DNA of 64,000 bases from the NCBI RefSeq assembly GCF_009914755.1, contig NC_060936.1. One strand, given 5' to 3'. The stretch is from the human T2T-CHM13v2.0 reference genome, Homo sapiens. The notes below the pieces were generated by a model. The model was not told where the DNA came from and made no database searches. It was given only the letters and a program-made list of their open reading frames with translations. Shown in pieces: positions 16,863 to 39,019 of this stretch; within the stretch, counting starts at the first letter, position 1; every line of letters starts with the position of its first letter. Both the position numbers and the translations under genes were made by a program.

Positions 16863-17191
16863 TCTGTCCCCCATGCACTCCTTCACTCCCTGGGTGGCTG
16901 CAGCGATATTCTCTGTCTTGGTGATGTCCAGGGTCACCGTCTCCAGCCTGTCTGAAGTCTGGCCCCTCAGCTGCTCTGCCTCCTTCTCCATCAGACACAT
17001 AGCCAGCACCCTCAAGCTTTGCGTATCCAGCTGTCTTGCCAGCAGATTCCCGAAGCCCGAGTCACAGCCCATGATGAAGCAGTTATCTCAAGGGAGGCTC
17101 ACCACCTGTCTCTCCCACTACCAGCGCAGAAGGTAGTACAGGCCCACGAGGGCTATCAGGGAGAGTCCCATGGCAGGGGTCTCTCCTTCAC
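16863..17191 (-). pseudogene. Unprocessed pseudo-exon: first coding exon of an HSD17B6/RDH16-like retinol/sterol dehydrogenase (SDR9C)
   Basis: GCCATGG at 17171 gives MGLSLIALVGLYYLLRW*WERQVVSLP*DNCFIMGCDSGFGNLLARQLDTQSLRVLAMCLMEKEAEQLRGQTSDRLETVTLDITKTENIAAATQGVKECMGDR, colinear with the HSD17B6/RDH16 N-terminus; stops at 17118-17120 and 17088-17090; acceptor TTTCTTTCCCAAG| at 17192; donor GT at 16862-16861. Confidence 0.92.
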
Positions 17192-17199
17192 CTTGGGAA

Positions 17200-17495
17200 A
17201 GAAAGAAAATCTTCTAAACCTTAAAAAGTATGTTCTCTGACCACAATGGAATTAAATTAGGAATAAATAACAGAAAAGTATCCAAAAAATCTCCCAGTAG
17301 TTGGAAAATTACAAAATATTTGGCTAAATGATACATGCATGGATTAAAAAAGAAATACAAAGAAAAATTAGAATATATTTCAACTGAGTGAAAATGAAAA
17401 TGTGGTACATTAAAGTTTGTGGAGTGGGGCTAAGCTGTGCTTAGAGAGAAATTTATAACACTAAATGCCTATATTAGAAAAGAAGAAAGGTTTCT
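17200..17495 (+). mobile_element. Old L1M ORF2 endonuclease fragment
   Basis: TCTGACCACAATGGAATTAAATTA encodes SDHNGIKL. Confidence 0.75.
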
Positions 17496-20600
<3,105 letters not shown>

Positions 20601-20769
20601 TTTATTTTATTTTTTTGCTTTTTCCATGTAAGCCTTCCTGCACAACACTTCTTTATGTAGGTCTGAGTTCTGAACCAGAAGTTCTTGGTCTTCTATATTG
20701 ATCTTATTTTTCTATGAAGACTGAATTCCTTATTTCTATACATGTGGTTGAAAATGTCTACCCTATCTG

Positions 20770-22379
20770 AAGAATCAATATCATGAAAATGGCCATACTG
20801 CCCAAGATAATTTATAGATTCAATGCTATCCCCATCAAGCTACCACTGACTTTCTTCATAGAATTGGAAAAAACTACTTTAAATTTCATATGGAACCAAA
20901 AAAGAGCCTGCATAGCCAAGACAATCCTAAGCAAAAAGAACAAAGCTGGAGGCATCATGCTACCTGACTTCAAACTACACTACAAGGCTACAGTAACCAA
21001 AACAGCATGGTATTGGTACCAAAACAGAGAGATAGACCAATGGAACAGAACAGAGGCCTCAGAAATAACACCACACATCTACAACCATCTGATCTTTGAC
21101 AAACCTGACAAAAACAAGCAATGGGGAAAGGATTCGCTATTTAATAATTATTGCTGGGAAAACTCGCTAGCCATATGTAGAAAGCTGAAACTGGATCCCT
21201 TCCTTACACCTTACACAAAAATTAACTCAAGGTGGATTAAAGCCTTAAATGTAAGACCTAAAACCATAAAAACCCTAGAAGCAAACGTAGGCAATACCAT
21301 TCAGGACATAGGCATGGGCAAGGACTTCATGGCTAAAACACCAAAAGCAGTGGTAACAAAAGCCAAAATAGATAAATGGGATCTAATTAAACTAAAGAAC
21401 TTCTGCACAGCAAAAGAAACAGAGAGAACAGGCAACCTACAGAATGGGAGAAAATTTTTGCAATCTATCCATCTGACAAAGGGCTAATATCCAGAATCTA
21501 CAAAAAACTTAAACAAATTTACAAGAAAAAAACAACCCCATCAAAAAGTGGGCAAAGGATATGAACAGACGCTTCTCAAAAGAAGACTTTTATGCAGCCA
21601 ACAGACATATGAAGAAAAGCTCCTCATCACTGGTCATTAGAGAAATGCAAATCAAAACCACAGTGAGATACCACCTCATGCCAGTTAGAATGGCGATCAT
21701 TAAAAAGTAAGGAAACAACAGGTACTGGAGAGGATGTGGAGAAATAGGAATGCTTTTACACTGTTGGTGGGAGTGTAAATTAGTTCAACCATTGTGGAAG
21801 ACAGTGTGATTATTCCTCAAGGATCTAGAACTAGAAATACCATTTGACCCAGCAATCTCATTCCTGGGTATATACCCAAAGGATGATAAATCATGCTACT
21901 ATAAAGACACATGCACACATATGTTTATTGTGGCACTATTCACAATAGCAAAGACTTGGAACCAACCCAAATGTCCATCAGTAATAGACTGGATAAAGAA
22001 AATGTGGCACATATACACCATGGAATACTATGCAGCCATAAAAAAGGATGAGTTCATGTCCTTTGCAGGGACATGGATGAAGCTGGAAACCATCATTCTC
22101 AGCAAAATATCACAAGGACAGAAAACCAAACACTGCATGTTCTCACTCATAAGTGGGAGTTGAACAATGAGAACACATGGATACAGGGAGGGGAGCATCA
22201 CACACCGGGGCCTGTTGGGGGGTGGGGGGCTGGGGGAGGGATAGCGTTAGGAGAAATACCTAATGTAAATGACGAGTTGATGGGTGCAGCAAACCAACAT
22301 GGCATATGTATACCTATGTAACAAATCTGCATGTTATGCACATGTACCCTAGAACTTAAAGTATAATAATAATAATAGA
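20770..22379 (+). mobile_element. 5'-truncated L1PA (~1.6 kb)
   Basis: 234-aa ORF2 C-terminal ORF 20783-21487, G-rich 3' UTR, A-rich tail; ~20-bp TSD GAAAATGT(CT/GC)ACCCTATC(T/C)G at 20750-20769 / 22380-22399. Confidence 0.95.
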
Positions 22380-22773
22380 GAAAATGTGCACCCTATCCGT
22401 ACTTGGTCTCCAAGTTCAATAACTCAGCAGAGAATTAACAAGCGGCTCTGAGTCCCAATTCCAATTTCCAGATAATACGATAGGCTAACCAGGATCAATT
22501 CTACCTTTATCTGATAAACTGTGGTCAAAGGGATGGGAACATATGGCCCACTATCCACTCAGCAGACACAATGTGAGCACATCAAAGTAGGAGGGGCAAA
22601 ATCTATCGAGAGGGGGTTATATGACACAAATATCTGGCACTTGGCATTTTTTTTTCATAGAATAATATAAATCATGCATATTCTGGACTAAAATCAAGTT
22701 GTTCTAAAATATGTTTATTTTTCTCTGATTATAAAATCTAACTCATTGTAGAAATTGTGAAGACTATAGATAA

Positions 22774-23152
22774 TGTATTAGTCCATTTTCACACTGCTGT
22801 AAAGATAATATCTGAGACTGGGTAATTTATAAAGGAAAGAGGTTTAATTGACTCACAGTTCCACATGGCTAGGGAGGCCTCAGGAAACTTACAATCATGG
22901 TGGAATGCAAAGGGGGAAGCAAGCATAGGCAGCAGGAGAGAAAAGTGAGTGGGTGAGGAAATGCCATACTTTTAAAACCATCAGATCTTGTGAGAATTCC
23001 CTCACTATCACAAGAACAGCATGGGGGAAACTGCCCCCATGATCAAATCACCTCCCTTCCTCAACACGTGGGGATTACAGGACCCTCCTTTGACATGTGG
23101 GGATTACAATTGGAGATGAAGATTTGGGTGGGGACACAGCCAAACCATATCA
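22774..23152 (-). mobile_element. MaLR solo LTR (MSTA/THE1-like)
   Basis: TGTATTAGTCC...AAACCATATCA; 5-bp TSD GATAA. Confidence 0.9.
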
Positions 23153-23239
23153 GATAAGTATAAAAAACAAAATAAAAGTTAAAGGAAATCCTGCAACCTA
23201 GTAATAACTACTGTTAAGATCAATTGCATATCCTAGGTT

Positions 23240-27508
<4,269 letters not shown>

Positions 27509-27519
27509 CAAAAATATTA

Positions 27520-28560
27520 TTCCCTTCCTTTCTATGGCTGAGTAATATTCCATTGTATGGATATACCACATTTTGTCCATTCATCTGTTGATGGACATTT
27601 AGGTTATTTCCACTTTTTGGCTATTATGACTAATATTATGAATATTCATATACAAGTTTTTTTATGTAAGCGGACATATATTTTAATTTATATACAAGTG
27701 AATATGTTTTAATTTCTTTTGGATATATACTTAACAGTGGGATTACTGGGTCATATAAAACTCTATATTTAAATTTTTAGAGGAACTGCCCAACTCTTCT
27801 CCAAAGTGGCTGAAACATTTTACAGTCCCATGAGCAATGTATGAGGGTCCCAATTTCTTTACATTTTTACCAACATTTGTTATTGTCTGTCATCTTCATA
27901 TTAGCCATCCTACTGGATGTGAAGTGATATGTCATAGTTGATTTGATTGGCATTTCTCTAATGACTAATGATGTTGAGCATTTTTTCATGTGATTATTGG
28001 TCATTTGTAGATCTTCTTTGGAGAAATGTCTATTCAAATCCTTTGCTCATTTTAAAATTGAGCTATTTGTCTTGTTATTATTGAGTTGTAAAAAGTATAT
28101 ATTTTGGATATTAGATCCCTGTGAGAGATATGACTTGCAATATTCTTCTTCATTCTGTGAGTTGTTGTTTCATTCTCTTGCTAGTGTCCTTTGAAGCACA
28201 AGATTTGTTAATCTTAGTGAAGTCCAATTTATCTATTTTTTTTTTCTGATGGCTTGTGCCAGAGTCATACCTAAGAAACTGCTGTCTAATCCAAAGTCAC
28301 GAAGATCTACATCTACTTTTTCTTCTAAGGATTTTATGGTTATAGCTCTTATATTTAGGACTTTCATTCTTTTTGGGTTAATATTTTATATGTGGTGTGA
28401 TATAGGGAGTACAATTTCATTTTTTTAAATTTACACATGGATATACAATTGTCTTAACACAATTTGGAAAAAAAATTCTTCCCCTATTGAATTGTCTTGG
28501 CACTCTGTTGAATCATCTTTTAATTTCTTTAAAATGTTTTTTGGTAATAAAGAGGTTTTT
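27520..28560 (-). mobile_element. Old L1M 3' fragment
   Basis: Antisense L1 ORF2 C-terminal motifs. Confidence 0.75.
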
Positions 28561-28635
28561 AATTTTTTTTCAAGTCTATAAATCATTACCTTTGTTTCAT
28601 TTAGGTTTTTGTGTAATGCTTGAAAAGACTTTCTA

Positions 28636-30046
<1,411 letters not shown>

Positions 30047-30684
30047 TTTCTGTACTCCAAGGATAATAAAACTATTCTCCTATATGTTCTTTTAATACTC
30101 ATATGAATGCAAAACAATTCTAATTATAATCTACAAATAAGTTATATTTGTTCATGATGTGAGATAGGGATCTAATTTGTTTTGCTTCCAATTGTATAGC
30201 CAATTCTATCAACACCATTTATTGAAAAGCCAGTATTTTCCTTACTGATTTAAAAGACCAGTTTTTATCATACACCTATTCCATATAGTATATATTTGGT
30301 TGTATTTTGGTGTTCTCTATTCTGTTTTCCAGAGAAATGTGGAAATTTCAGTGCCAGCACAGCACATTTTTAGTACCTATAGCTTTATAGTTTTGATATT
30401 TGACAGAGCAAGCTCCTCTTATTCTTTTTCAGAATTTATTATTCTTGCCTTGTAGTTCTTTGTAAGTCTCTATGTGAACTTACAAAGAACCATTTTGTGT
30501 AAAAGGCTTCTTCTCCACTTGTATTATTTCCTTACTATAAATTCCAAGGAGTAAAATTATAAATTCAAAGGGTAAAATTGTTAAGGCTTTTGGAGACTGT
30601 TGCCATATTATCTTCTTAAGGAATTATGTTAATTGACACCTCTACAGTTTTCCTATCCTTTATCCCATCATGAAGTATTTTCAT

Positions 30685-30945
30685 CTCTCTCTCTCTCTCT
30701 CTCTCCCTCTCTCTCTCTATATATATATGTATATATATATGTATATATATGTATATATGTATATATACGTGTATATATATGTATATATATGTGTATATAT
30801 ATGTATATATGTGTATATATGTGTATATATGTATATATGTGTATATATATGTATATATATGTATGTATATATATGTATATATATGTGTATATATATATGT
30901 GTATATATATACATATATATATTCCACATTTCTCTGGAAAACAGA

Positions 30946-30996
<51 letters not shown>

Positions 30997-31019
30997 GAGA
31001 CAGAGAAAGAGAGAGAGAC
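30685..31019. repeat. Compound microsatellite (CT)n-(TA/TATG)n-27-bp insert-(TA)n-(GA)n
   Basis: Seen directly. Confidence 0.95.
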
Positions 31020-31600
31020 TGAGTTTTGCTCTGTTGCCCAGGCTTGAGTACTGTAGTGCAATCTCAGCTCACTGCAACCTCTGCCTCCCAGGTTCAAGCG
31101 ATTACCTTGCCTCAGCCTCCCAAAGTAGCTGGGATTACAGGCACATAACACCATGCCCAGCTAATTTTTGTATTTTTAGTAGAGACAGAGTTTCACCATG
31201 TTCGCTAGGCTGGTCTCAAACTCCTGACCTCAAATGATCCACCCTCCTCGGCCTCCCAAAGTGCTGGGATTACAGGCATGAGCTACTGCACCCAGCCCTA
31301 TTTCAATATATTTTTGAGAGACAGGATTTCACTCTGTCACCCAGAATGGAGTGCAGTGGCACGATCATGGCTCACTGTAGCTTAGACCTCTTGGGCTCAA
31401 GCAATTCTCTTGCCTCAAGCTCCTGAGTAGCTTGGACTATAGGTGCACACCATCATGCCCAGCTAATTAAAAAAATTTTTTTTGTAGAGATAGGGTCTTT
31501 ATATGCTGCCCAGGCTTGTCTCAAACTCGTGGCCTCAAACAATCCTCTTGCTTTGGTCTCCCAAGTGTTGAGATGACAGGTGTGAGTGACTGCACCTTAC
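31019..31600 (-). mobile_element. Two tandem Alus (AluS 31019-31298; AluJ 31310-31600)
   Basis: Antisense Alu motifs. Confidence 0.9.
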
Positions 31601-31603
31601 CTC

Positions 31604-31785
31604 TTAAAGATCTTGAATATGAACTTGATTGGATTCATTGAGGTGACACAGAACTTTCATCCCCTTATCAGAAAGGCCAGGAGAAGAGTAATCAATGTTT
31701 CTAGCTGAGATGGGAGAATATCTGTGTTTGATGGTAGCTACTGCATTTCTAAGTATGGTGTAGAAGCTCTTTGTGACAACCTGAG
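31604..31785 (+). pseudogene. Pseudo-exon: 3' part of the catalytic (YxxxK) exon of an SDR9C retinol/sterol dehydrogenase
   Basis: Frame from 31604: LKILNMNLIGFIEVTQNFHPLIRKARRRVINVSS*DGRISVFDGSYCISKYGVEALCDNLR, aligning with RDH16 ...VNLLGVIDVT...GRVVNVSS...YCISKYGVEAFSDSLR; TGA at 31706-31708; ends CTGAG|GCAAG at the expected exon boundary. Confidence 0.88.
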
Positions 31786-32817
31786 GCAAGAGCCTCACTG
31801 CTGAGGAAGACTTGACCATTGCTAAAGGAGTGTACTCCTGAGTGATAGGCCTGGGTTGCATTCTTACTGATGCCATCTGAAATGAGGGCCTTTGGAAGTG
31901 GAATGTCCAAATCTTGCAAATGTATAAGATAATTCATTAGGGAATGCAAAGGAGATATCAGGACTTAGATTTATTCTTATTGCTGTTCCTTTAAAATGTC
32001 TACCTGTTTCAAAACCAATGTAATGTTACTATAAGACACATACGCATATGAATATATATTTTATATATACAAAATATATAAAATATACCCCATATGGGAA
32101 TGATGGGAATGGGTCTGTTACTAAAGAATTAATTGTTTATTAAGTACCTTAAGTCACTAAACCTGACTCATGGTTCCTATGAGGAAAGAGTGAACATCAG
32201 AGAGTTAATTTAAGGGCAATGCTGTGTCAAGTGCCCTATTTACTCCTTACAGAAACTCTGTGAGTTAGACAAAATTCTCCACAGCCAAATGAGCCAGAAT
32301 CTGAACCCAGTTCTGTGGGTGAAAACATTCTGTAATGGCTATACAATAAATACAAATGCAGGTATATACCAGGTGCTCAGGGGCACCAATGACAGGGTGA
32401 CTTACCTTCTCTTGGTGCAGAGAGAAGACTTCACAAAGGAAATGAGTTCTAACCCATGCAGGTAGGTGAGAAGAGAAAAGGCATTCTGGGTGAAAGGCAG
32501 AGACAAGGATAGGAATGAACTTGGATATTCAAGGAACTAAATGTCTCTAAGCATGGCTGTTGCAGAGGATGGGTCAGTGAGAGAGATATGAGACTGGGCT
32601 GGCAAGTGGCAGCACTAACACCTCTCTCCTCTTGAAGCTCTTCAGATCTGGTAAGGAAGCGGTCTGTATTTCTTGCCCCTTTGAGTTTGTACTTGGACAT
32701 TGTCCCCAGATGCATGGGCATACTCTTTCATGTCCTTCCCTGACTTATGTGCCTTTCTTAAAATATTTTGCCTTGGACATTCTTTGTAAAGAAGGGATAG
32801 GATTGGTTAAGTCACAG

Positions 32818-33300
32818 TGTCATCACCCGATGGGCTCTTCCTGCCCACTGTACAGACAAAACCAGTTCATTGAGACTGTGGTGGTATTACAGTAAAGAAA
32901 GAGTTTAACTGACATGAGGCTGGCCATGTAGAACTGGAATTATCTCTCAAATCAGTCTTCCGAAAGGCTCAGAGGTTAGGGGTTTTTAAGGAGAGTTTGG
33001 TGGGCAGGAGACTAGGGAATAGGTGTCACTGATTGTCTAGGGACATAATGATGGGGGTGTGGAGAATGGTCCTCATGCACTGAGTCAGCCTCTGGGGGTG
33101 GGGCCACAGGACCAGTTGAGTCATGAGCCATGAGTCCAGGTGGTGTCAGTCAGTTGCCTGAATCCAAAAATCTGAAATACATCTAAAAAGACAAATCTTA
33201 GGTTTTGCTGTAATGATATTATCTATAGGAGCAATTGGGGAAATAAAAAATCTTGTGACTTGAGCAGTAAGGAATTACAGAAACTACACATATCTTCTAC
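32818..33300 (-). mobile_element. ERV1 LTR fragment (LTR8-like)
   Basis: Resembles remembered antisense LTR8-family consensus. Confidence 0.6.
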
Positions 33301-33309
33301 AGTTGATTT

Positions 33310-33622
33310 TCTTTTCTTTTCTTCTTTTTTTTTTTTTTTTTTTGAGACCGAGTCTCACTCTGTTGCCCAGGCTGGAGTGCAGTGGCGTGATCTCAGCTCA
33401 CTGCAACCTCTGTCCTGGGTTCAAGAGATTCTCATGCCTCAGCTTCCTGAGTAGCTGGGACTATAGGTGTAAGCCACCACACCCGGCTAATTTTTGTATT
33501 TTTAGTAGAGATGAGGTTTTACCATGTTGGCCAGGCTGGTCTCAAACCCTGACCTCAGGTGATCTGCCCTTTTTAGCCTCCCAAACTACTGGGATTACAA
33601 GCATGAGCCACAACACCTGGCC
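33310..33622 (-). mobile_element. AluS
   Basis: Antisense dimeric Alu. Confidence 0.9.
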
Positions 33623-34017
33623 TGATTTTTTTTTAACATAAAATATATTCTATTTTCATATTCTGCAGCATGCCCCTTTTATTCAAGATAGTTTATCAAT
33701 CTATGCATATTAATACATGTAGATTTTGTCCTTTTTAGCTTCTGTATAATATTCTATTAAATTTATGCCTTTTTTAGATTAATGAACCCTTGTTTTCCAT
33801 TTTTCATTACTAAGAACCATGCTACAATGAACATCCTCCTAAATGCCTCATTGTACATATATACAAGTGATTCTCTAGTACATACCTAGAAATCAAATTT
33901 CTGGTCACATTAAAAATATGTATTATTTATTTTAAAATATTAATTAAAAATTTTTAATTAAAAGTACATACATATGGTAAAAAAAGACTTCAATAAAAGA
34001 GGTGAAATGTAAGTCTT

Positions 34018-34305
34018 GGCAGGGTGCAGTGACTCATGCCTGTAATCCCAGAAATTTGGGAGGTCAAGGTTGGTGAATGCTTGAGCTCAGGAGTTTGAGA
34101 TTAGCCTGGGTGACATGGCAAAATCACGTCTCTACAAAAAATAAAAATAGCCAGGCAAGGTGGTGCACGCCTATAGTTCCAGCTACCCAGGAGGCCGAGG
34201 TGGTAGGATTTCTTGAGCCCAGGAGGTTGAGGCTATAGTAAGCCATGTTCACGCCACTACACTCCAGCCTGGGCAACAAAGTGAGACTCTGTCTCAAAAA
34301 ATAAA
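34018..34305 (+). mobile_element. AluJ
   Basis: TSD GAAATGTAAGTCTT at 34004-34017 / 34306-34319. Confidence 0.92.
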
Positions 34306-34841
34306 GAAATGTAAGTCTTTACCTCTCCCTCAGGACTGTCTCCCAGTTTTCCTGTTCTCTTCCCTAGAGGAAAGCAATATTGCTAGTTTCTTGGGTATTC
34401 TTCTAGAGCTAGTCAGTGTCCCATTTTAACATAAATATTGCTTTATGATACATTCTATTTTGTGCTTTGCTTTTTTATATTGAAGCAATCTCAAATATGC
34501 AGAAAAGTTGCAAATACAGTGTAAAAAACCTTTTTTTTTTTTTTGGAATTGCGACCAAGTTGCTAACATGATGCCCTATCACATTTGAATACTTTAGTTG
34601 TATTTCCTATTAACAAGGACATTCTTCTACAGAGCCACAATATAGCCATCAACATCAGGAGATGGACATTGTTACATTTCTATCATCTAATCTTAGACCC
34701 TATTTATGTTTCACCAATTGATCAGATATTGTTCTTTGTAGTCAAAGATTCAGTTCTGAACCATATGTGGCAGTTAGTTGTCAGTCTCTTAGGCTCTTTC
34801 AATCTGCAACAATGCTTCAGTCTTTCCTTGCCTTTCATGCC

Positions 34842-35279
34842 TGTGATGGTTAATACTGAGTGTCAACTTCATTGGATTGAAGGATGCAAATTATTGATCC
34901 TGGGTGTGTCTGTGAGAGTGTTGCCAATGGAAATTAGAGTCAGTGGGCTGGGAAAGGCAGATCCACCTTTAATCTGGGTGGGCACTATCTAATCAGCTGC
35001 CAGGGTAGCTACAATATAAAGCAGGCAGAAAAACATAAAAAGATTAGACTGGCCTAGCTTCCCAGCCTATATCTTTCTCCCGTGCTGGGTGCTTCCTGTC
35101 CTCAAACATCAGACTCCAAGTTCTTCAGTTTTGAGACTCAAACTGGCTCTCCTTTCTCCTCAGCTTGCAGATGGCCTATTGTGGGACCTTGTGATCATGT
35201 GAGCTAATACTTAGTAAACTCCCCTTTATATATATATATCTATCCTATTAGTTCTGTCTCTCTAGAGAACCCTAATACA
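34842..35279 (+). mobile_element. MLT2A solo LTR (HERV-L)
   Basis: TGTGATGGTTAATACTGAGTGTCAAC...CCCTAATACA; TSD ATG(C/A)C. Confidence 0.88.
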
Positions 35280-35289
35280 ATGACTTAAA

Positions 35290-36910
<1,621 letters not shown>

Positions 36911-37244
36911 TTTGATGCATGACCTAAACATGTTTGAAGGTTACAAACCAACTTATGTTGTAGAATGTCCCTCAATTTGGCTTTATCTGATATTTCCTTG
37001 TGGCTAAATTCAGCAGGAATATCACACAAGTGAGCTGTATTCCTCTTATCAGATACTCTCAGGTGGTGTATAATTTCAATTTGTCCCGTTACTGACAATG
37101 CTCACTTTCCTCACTTGGTTCAGGTGGTATCTTCTAGGCTTCTTTACTATAATTTCCTTTGGTAATTAGTAAGTGTTTTGTAGGGAGGTAACTATGAAAA
37201 TATGTAAATATTGTATTGCCCATTAACTAATTAATTAATATCAA

Positions 37245-37750
37245 TGTATTAGTCAGCTTAGGGTTACCATAAAAAACCCATAGATGTTCCCGATCTGGTA
37301 GAGTAGCATCTGGTTGGTGGCGACCATCTAATACCAGCCAGGGACAAAGCAACCCCTTGTTTATCCCAGCTTGGCTTTTGGTCTGTTCCCATGCTTGGTT
37401 CATGCCTTGGACACATGGAAGAAGGAAAAAAAAATACCATAGAGTGGATGGCTTAAACAACAAAAATTAAGTTTCTCACAGTTCTGGTATCTGGAAAGTT
37501 CAAGATCAAAGTCCAGCCTGGTTTGGTTTCTGGTGAGGGCTCTCTTCCTTGCTTGTAGATGGCAGTCTTCTTGGTGTGTCCTCAGATGGCAGAGAGAGAG
37601 AGGTCTCTTTTTTTATAAAGCCCCTCCTTTATGACTTCATTTAACCTTAATTACTTCATAAAGGCCCTATTCCCAAATACATATCTACAAAGACATTGGG
37701 AGTTAGGCTTTCAACATATGACTTGTGGGAGAATACAATTCAGTCCATTA
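37245..37750 (-). mobile_element. MLT1 MaLR LTR (host of the snoRNA retrocopy)
   Basis: TGTATTAGTCAGCTTAGGG...TACCATAGAGTGGATGGCTTAAAC...TCACAGTTCTGG. Confidence 0.8.
37285..37418 (+). ncRNA. SNORA48: SNORA48 H/ACA snoRNA retrocopy
   Basis: 134 nt matching my recollection of SNORA48; H box AAAGCA 37346-37351; ACA 37413-37415 plus 3 nt; A-rich tail; 14-bp TSD AAAAA(AC/TA)CCATAGA at 37271-37284 / 37430-37443. Confidence 0.85.
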
Positions 37751-38033
37751 GTATGGACTCCAAGTTTTCTATCTTATTTGATTGGTTATTATCTATTGAT
37801 TTCAATAATTATTTTGATGCTTCAATTATCACTTGTTTAGCTGGTGGGACCCATTTAAAACCAGCTTGGCTCACCTTGTATTTTCCCTGCATCAGCCCTG
37901 AAGTCAGCCATTTCTCCAAGCAGATTGTTTCCTTTCAATGGGGGAATGGTATTTAGAAGCCACGATCTTAGTACTAGGTGTTTGCATTGTTATTGAGATC
38001 TTGCTGCTCCCAGGCCCTCTCAGGGAGAAAGGG

Positions 38034-38075
<42 letters not shown>

Positions 38076-38104
38076 AACACACAAAGATATTCAGGTTTAA
38101 GTAT

Positions 38105-38498
38105 TGCTATGGTTTGAATGTATCCCCCCAAAAGTTTGTTAGAAACTTAATCCCCAGTGCAACAGTGTTGGGAGGTGGTGCCTAATAAGAGGTAATTAGG
38201 TCATGAGGGTGAAGCCCTACATGTATGGATTAAGGCCATTTTTGAAGGAGTGGGTTGGTTATTGTGGGAGTGGGTTTCTGAAAAAAAGATGAGTTTGGAC
38301 GATCTTCTTTCTCTGCCTTGTGTGCTCATGTCCATCTTCCACTGACGTTATCATGCAGAAAGAAGACCTTAGCCAGATGACAGTGCCATGCTCTTGGACT
38401 TTCCAGCCTCCAGAATCATGAGCCAAATAACCTTCTATTATTTGTAAATTACCCAGTTTGTGGTATTCTGTTATAGCAGCAGAAAATAGACTAAGACA
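38105..38498 (+). mobile_element. MaLR solo LTR (MST/MLT1A-like)
   Basis: TGCTATGGTTTGAATG...GACTAAGACA; TSD AGTAT. Confidence 0.88.
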
Positions 38499-39019
38499 AG
38501 TATCTATCTATCTATCTACCTAATCTACCTACCCCCTCTATGTACTGAAAACCTTGACTTCACATTGTGAACAAAAGTTCTCTGAAAATGAGTTTGGAAG
38601 AAAGAGACTTTATTCCAGAGAACAAATTGCAAACTGGAGAGATGGCAGCCTTCATTGTAAAATGAAGGTGCATTCCAAAGAACAAAGAGAGGACTCAGGT
38701 ATTATAGCAAAAGTTTCTCTGCCCAGGTTCCCAGTCAAGTCTATTTATGCAAATGAAGTATGGAAAAACTTAGTTCTGATTGGTCAGTGCAGCTGAGTTC
38801 TGATTGGTCAATACCACTGAACCCTGATTGGTTCATACAACTAAACCCTGAGTGGGAGACAGGTGATCTCTGATTGGTTGATTTCCAAACCCCAACAGAA
38901 ATTTCTGTCAGTTGTTTCTTTCAAACTACCTAGGGGGGATATTTCTGGATGCAGTTTATCCTGGCACTCACAAAAGGAACTGGTTTGGCTTGATCATAGA
39001 AAGGAAGTTCCTATGATAG

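Noticed and set aside
20783-21487. Longest ORF in the window (234 aa)
   Set aside because: It is the L1 ORF2 C-terminus in a 5'-truncated L1 with TSDs, not a host gene.
30616-31237. Tyr/Ile-rich ORFs (also Phe/Leu/Ser-rich ORFs at 5791-6225)
   Set aside because: These are translations of microsatellites and Alu sequence.
31604-31949. Minus-strand ORFs of 90 and 66 aa that look like unique protein
   Set aside because: The 90-aa ORF is the antisense shadow of the + strand SDR pseudo-exon; neither has recognisable homology.
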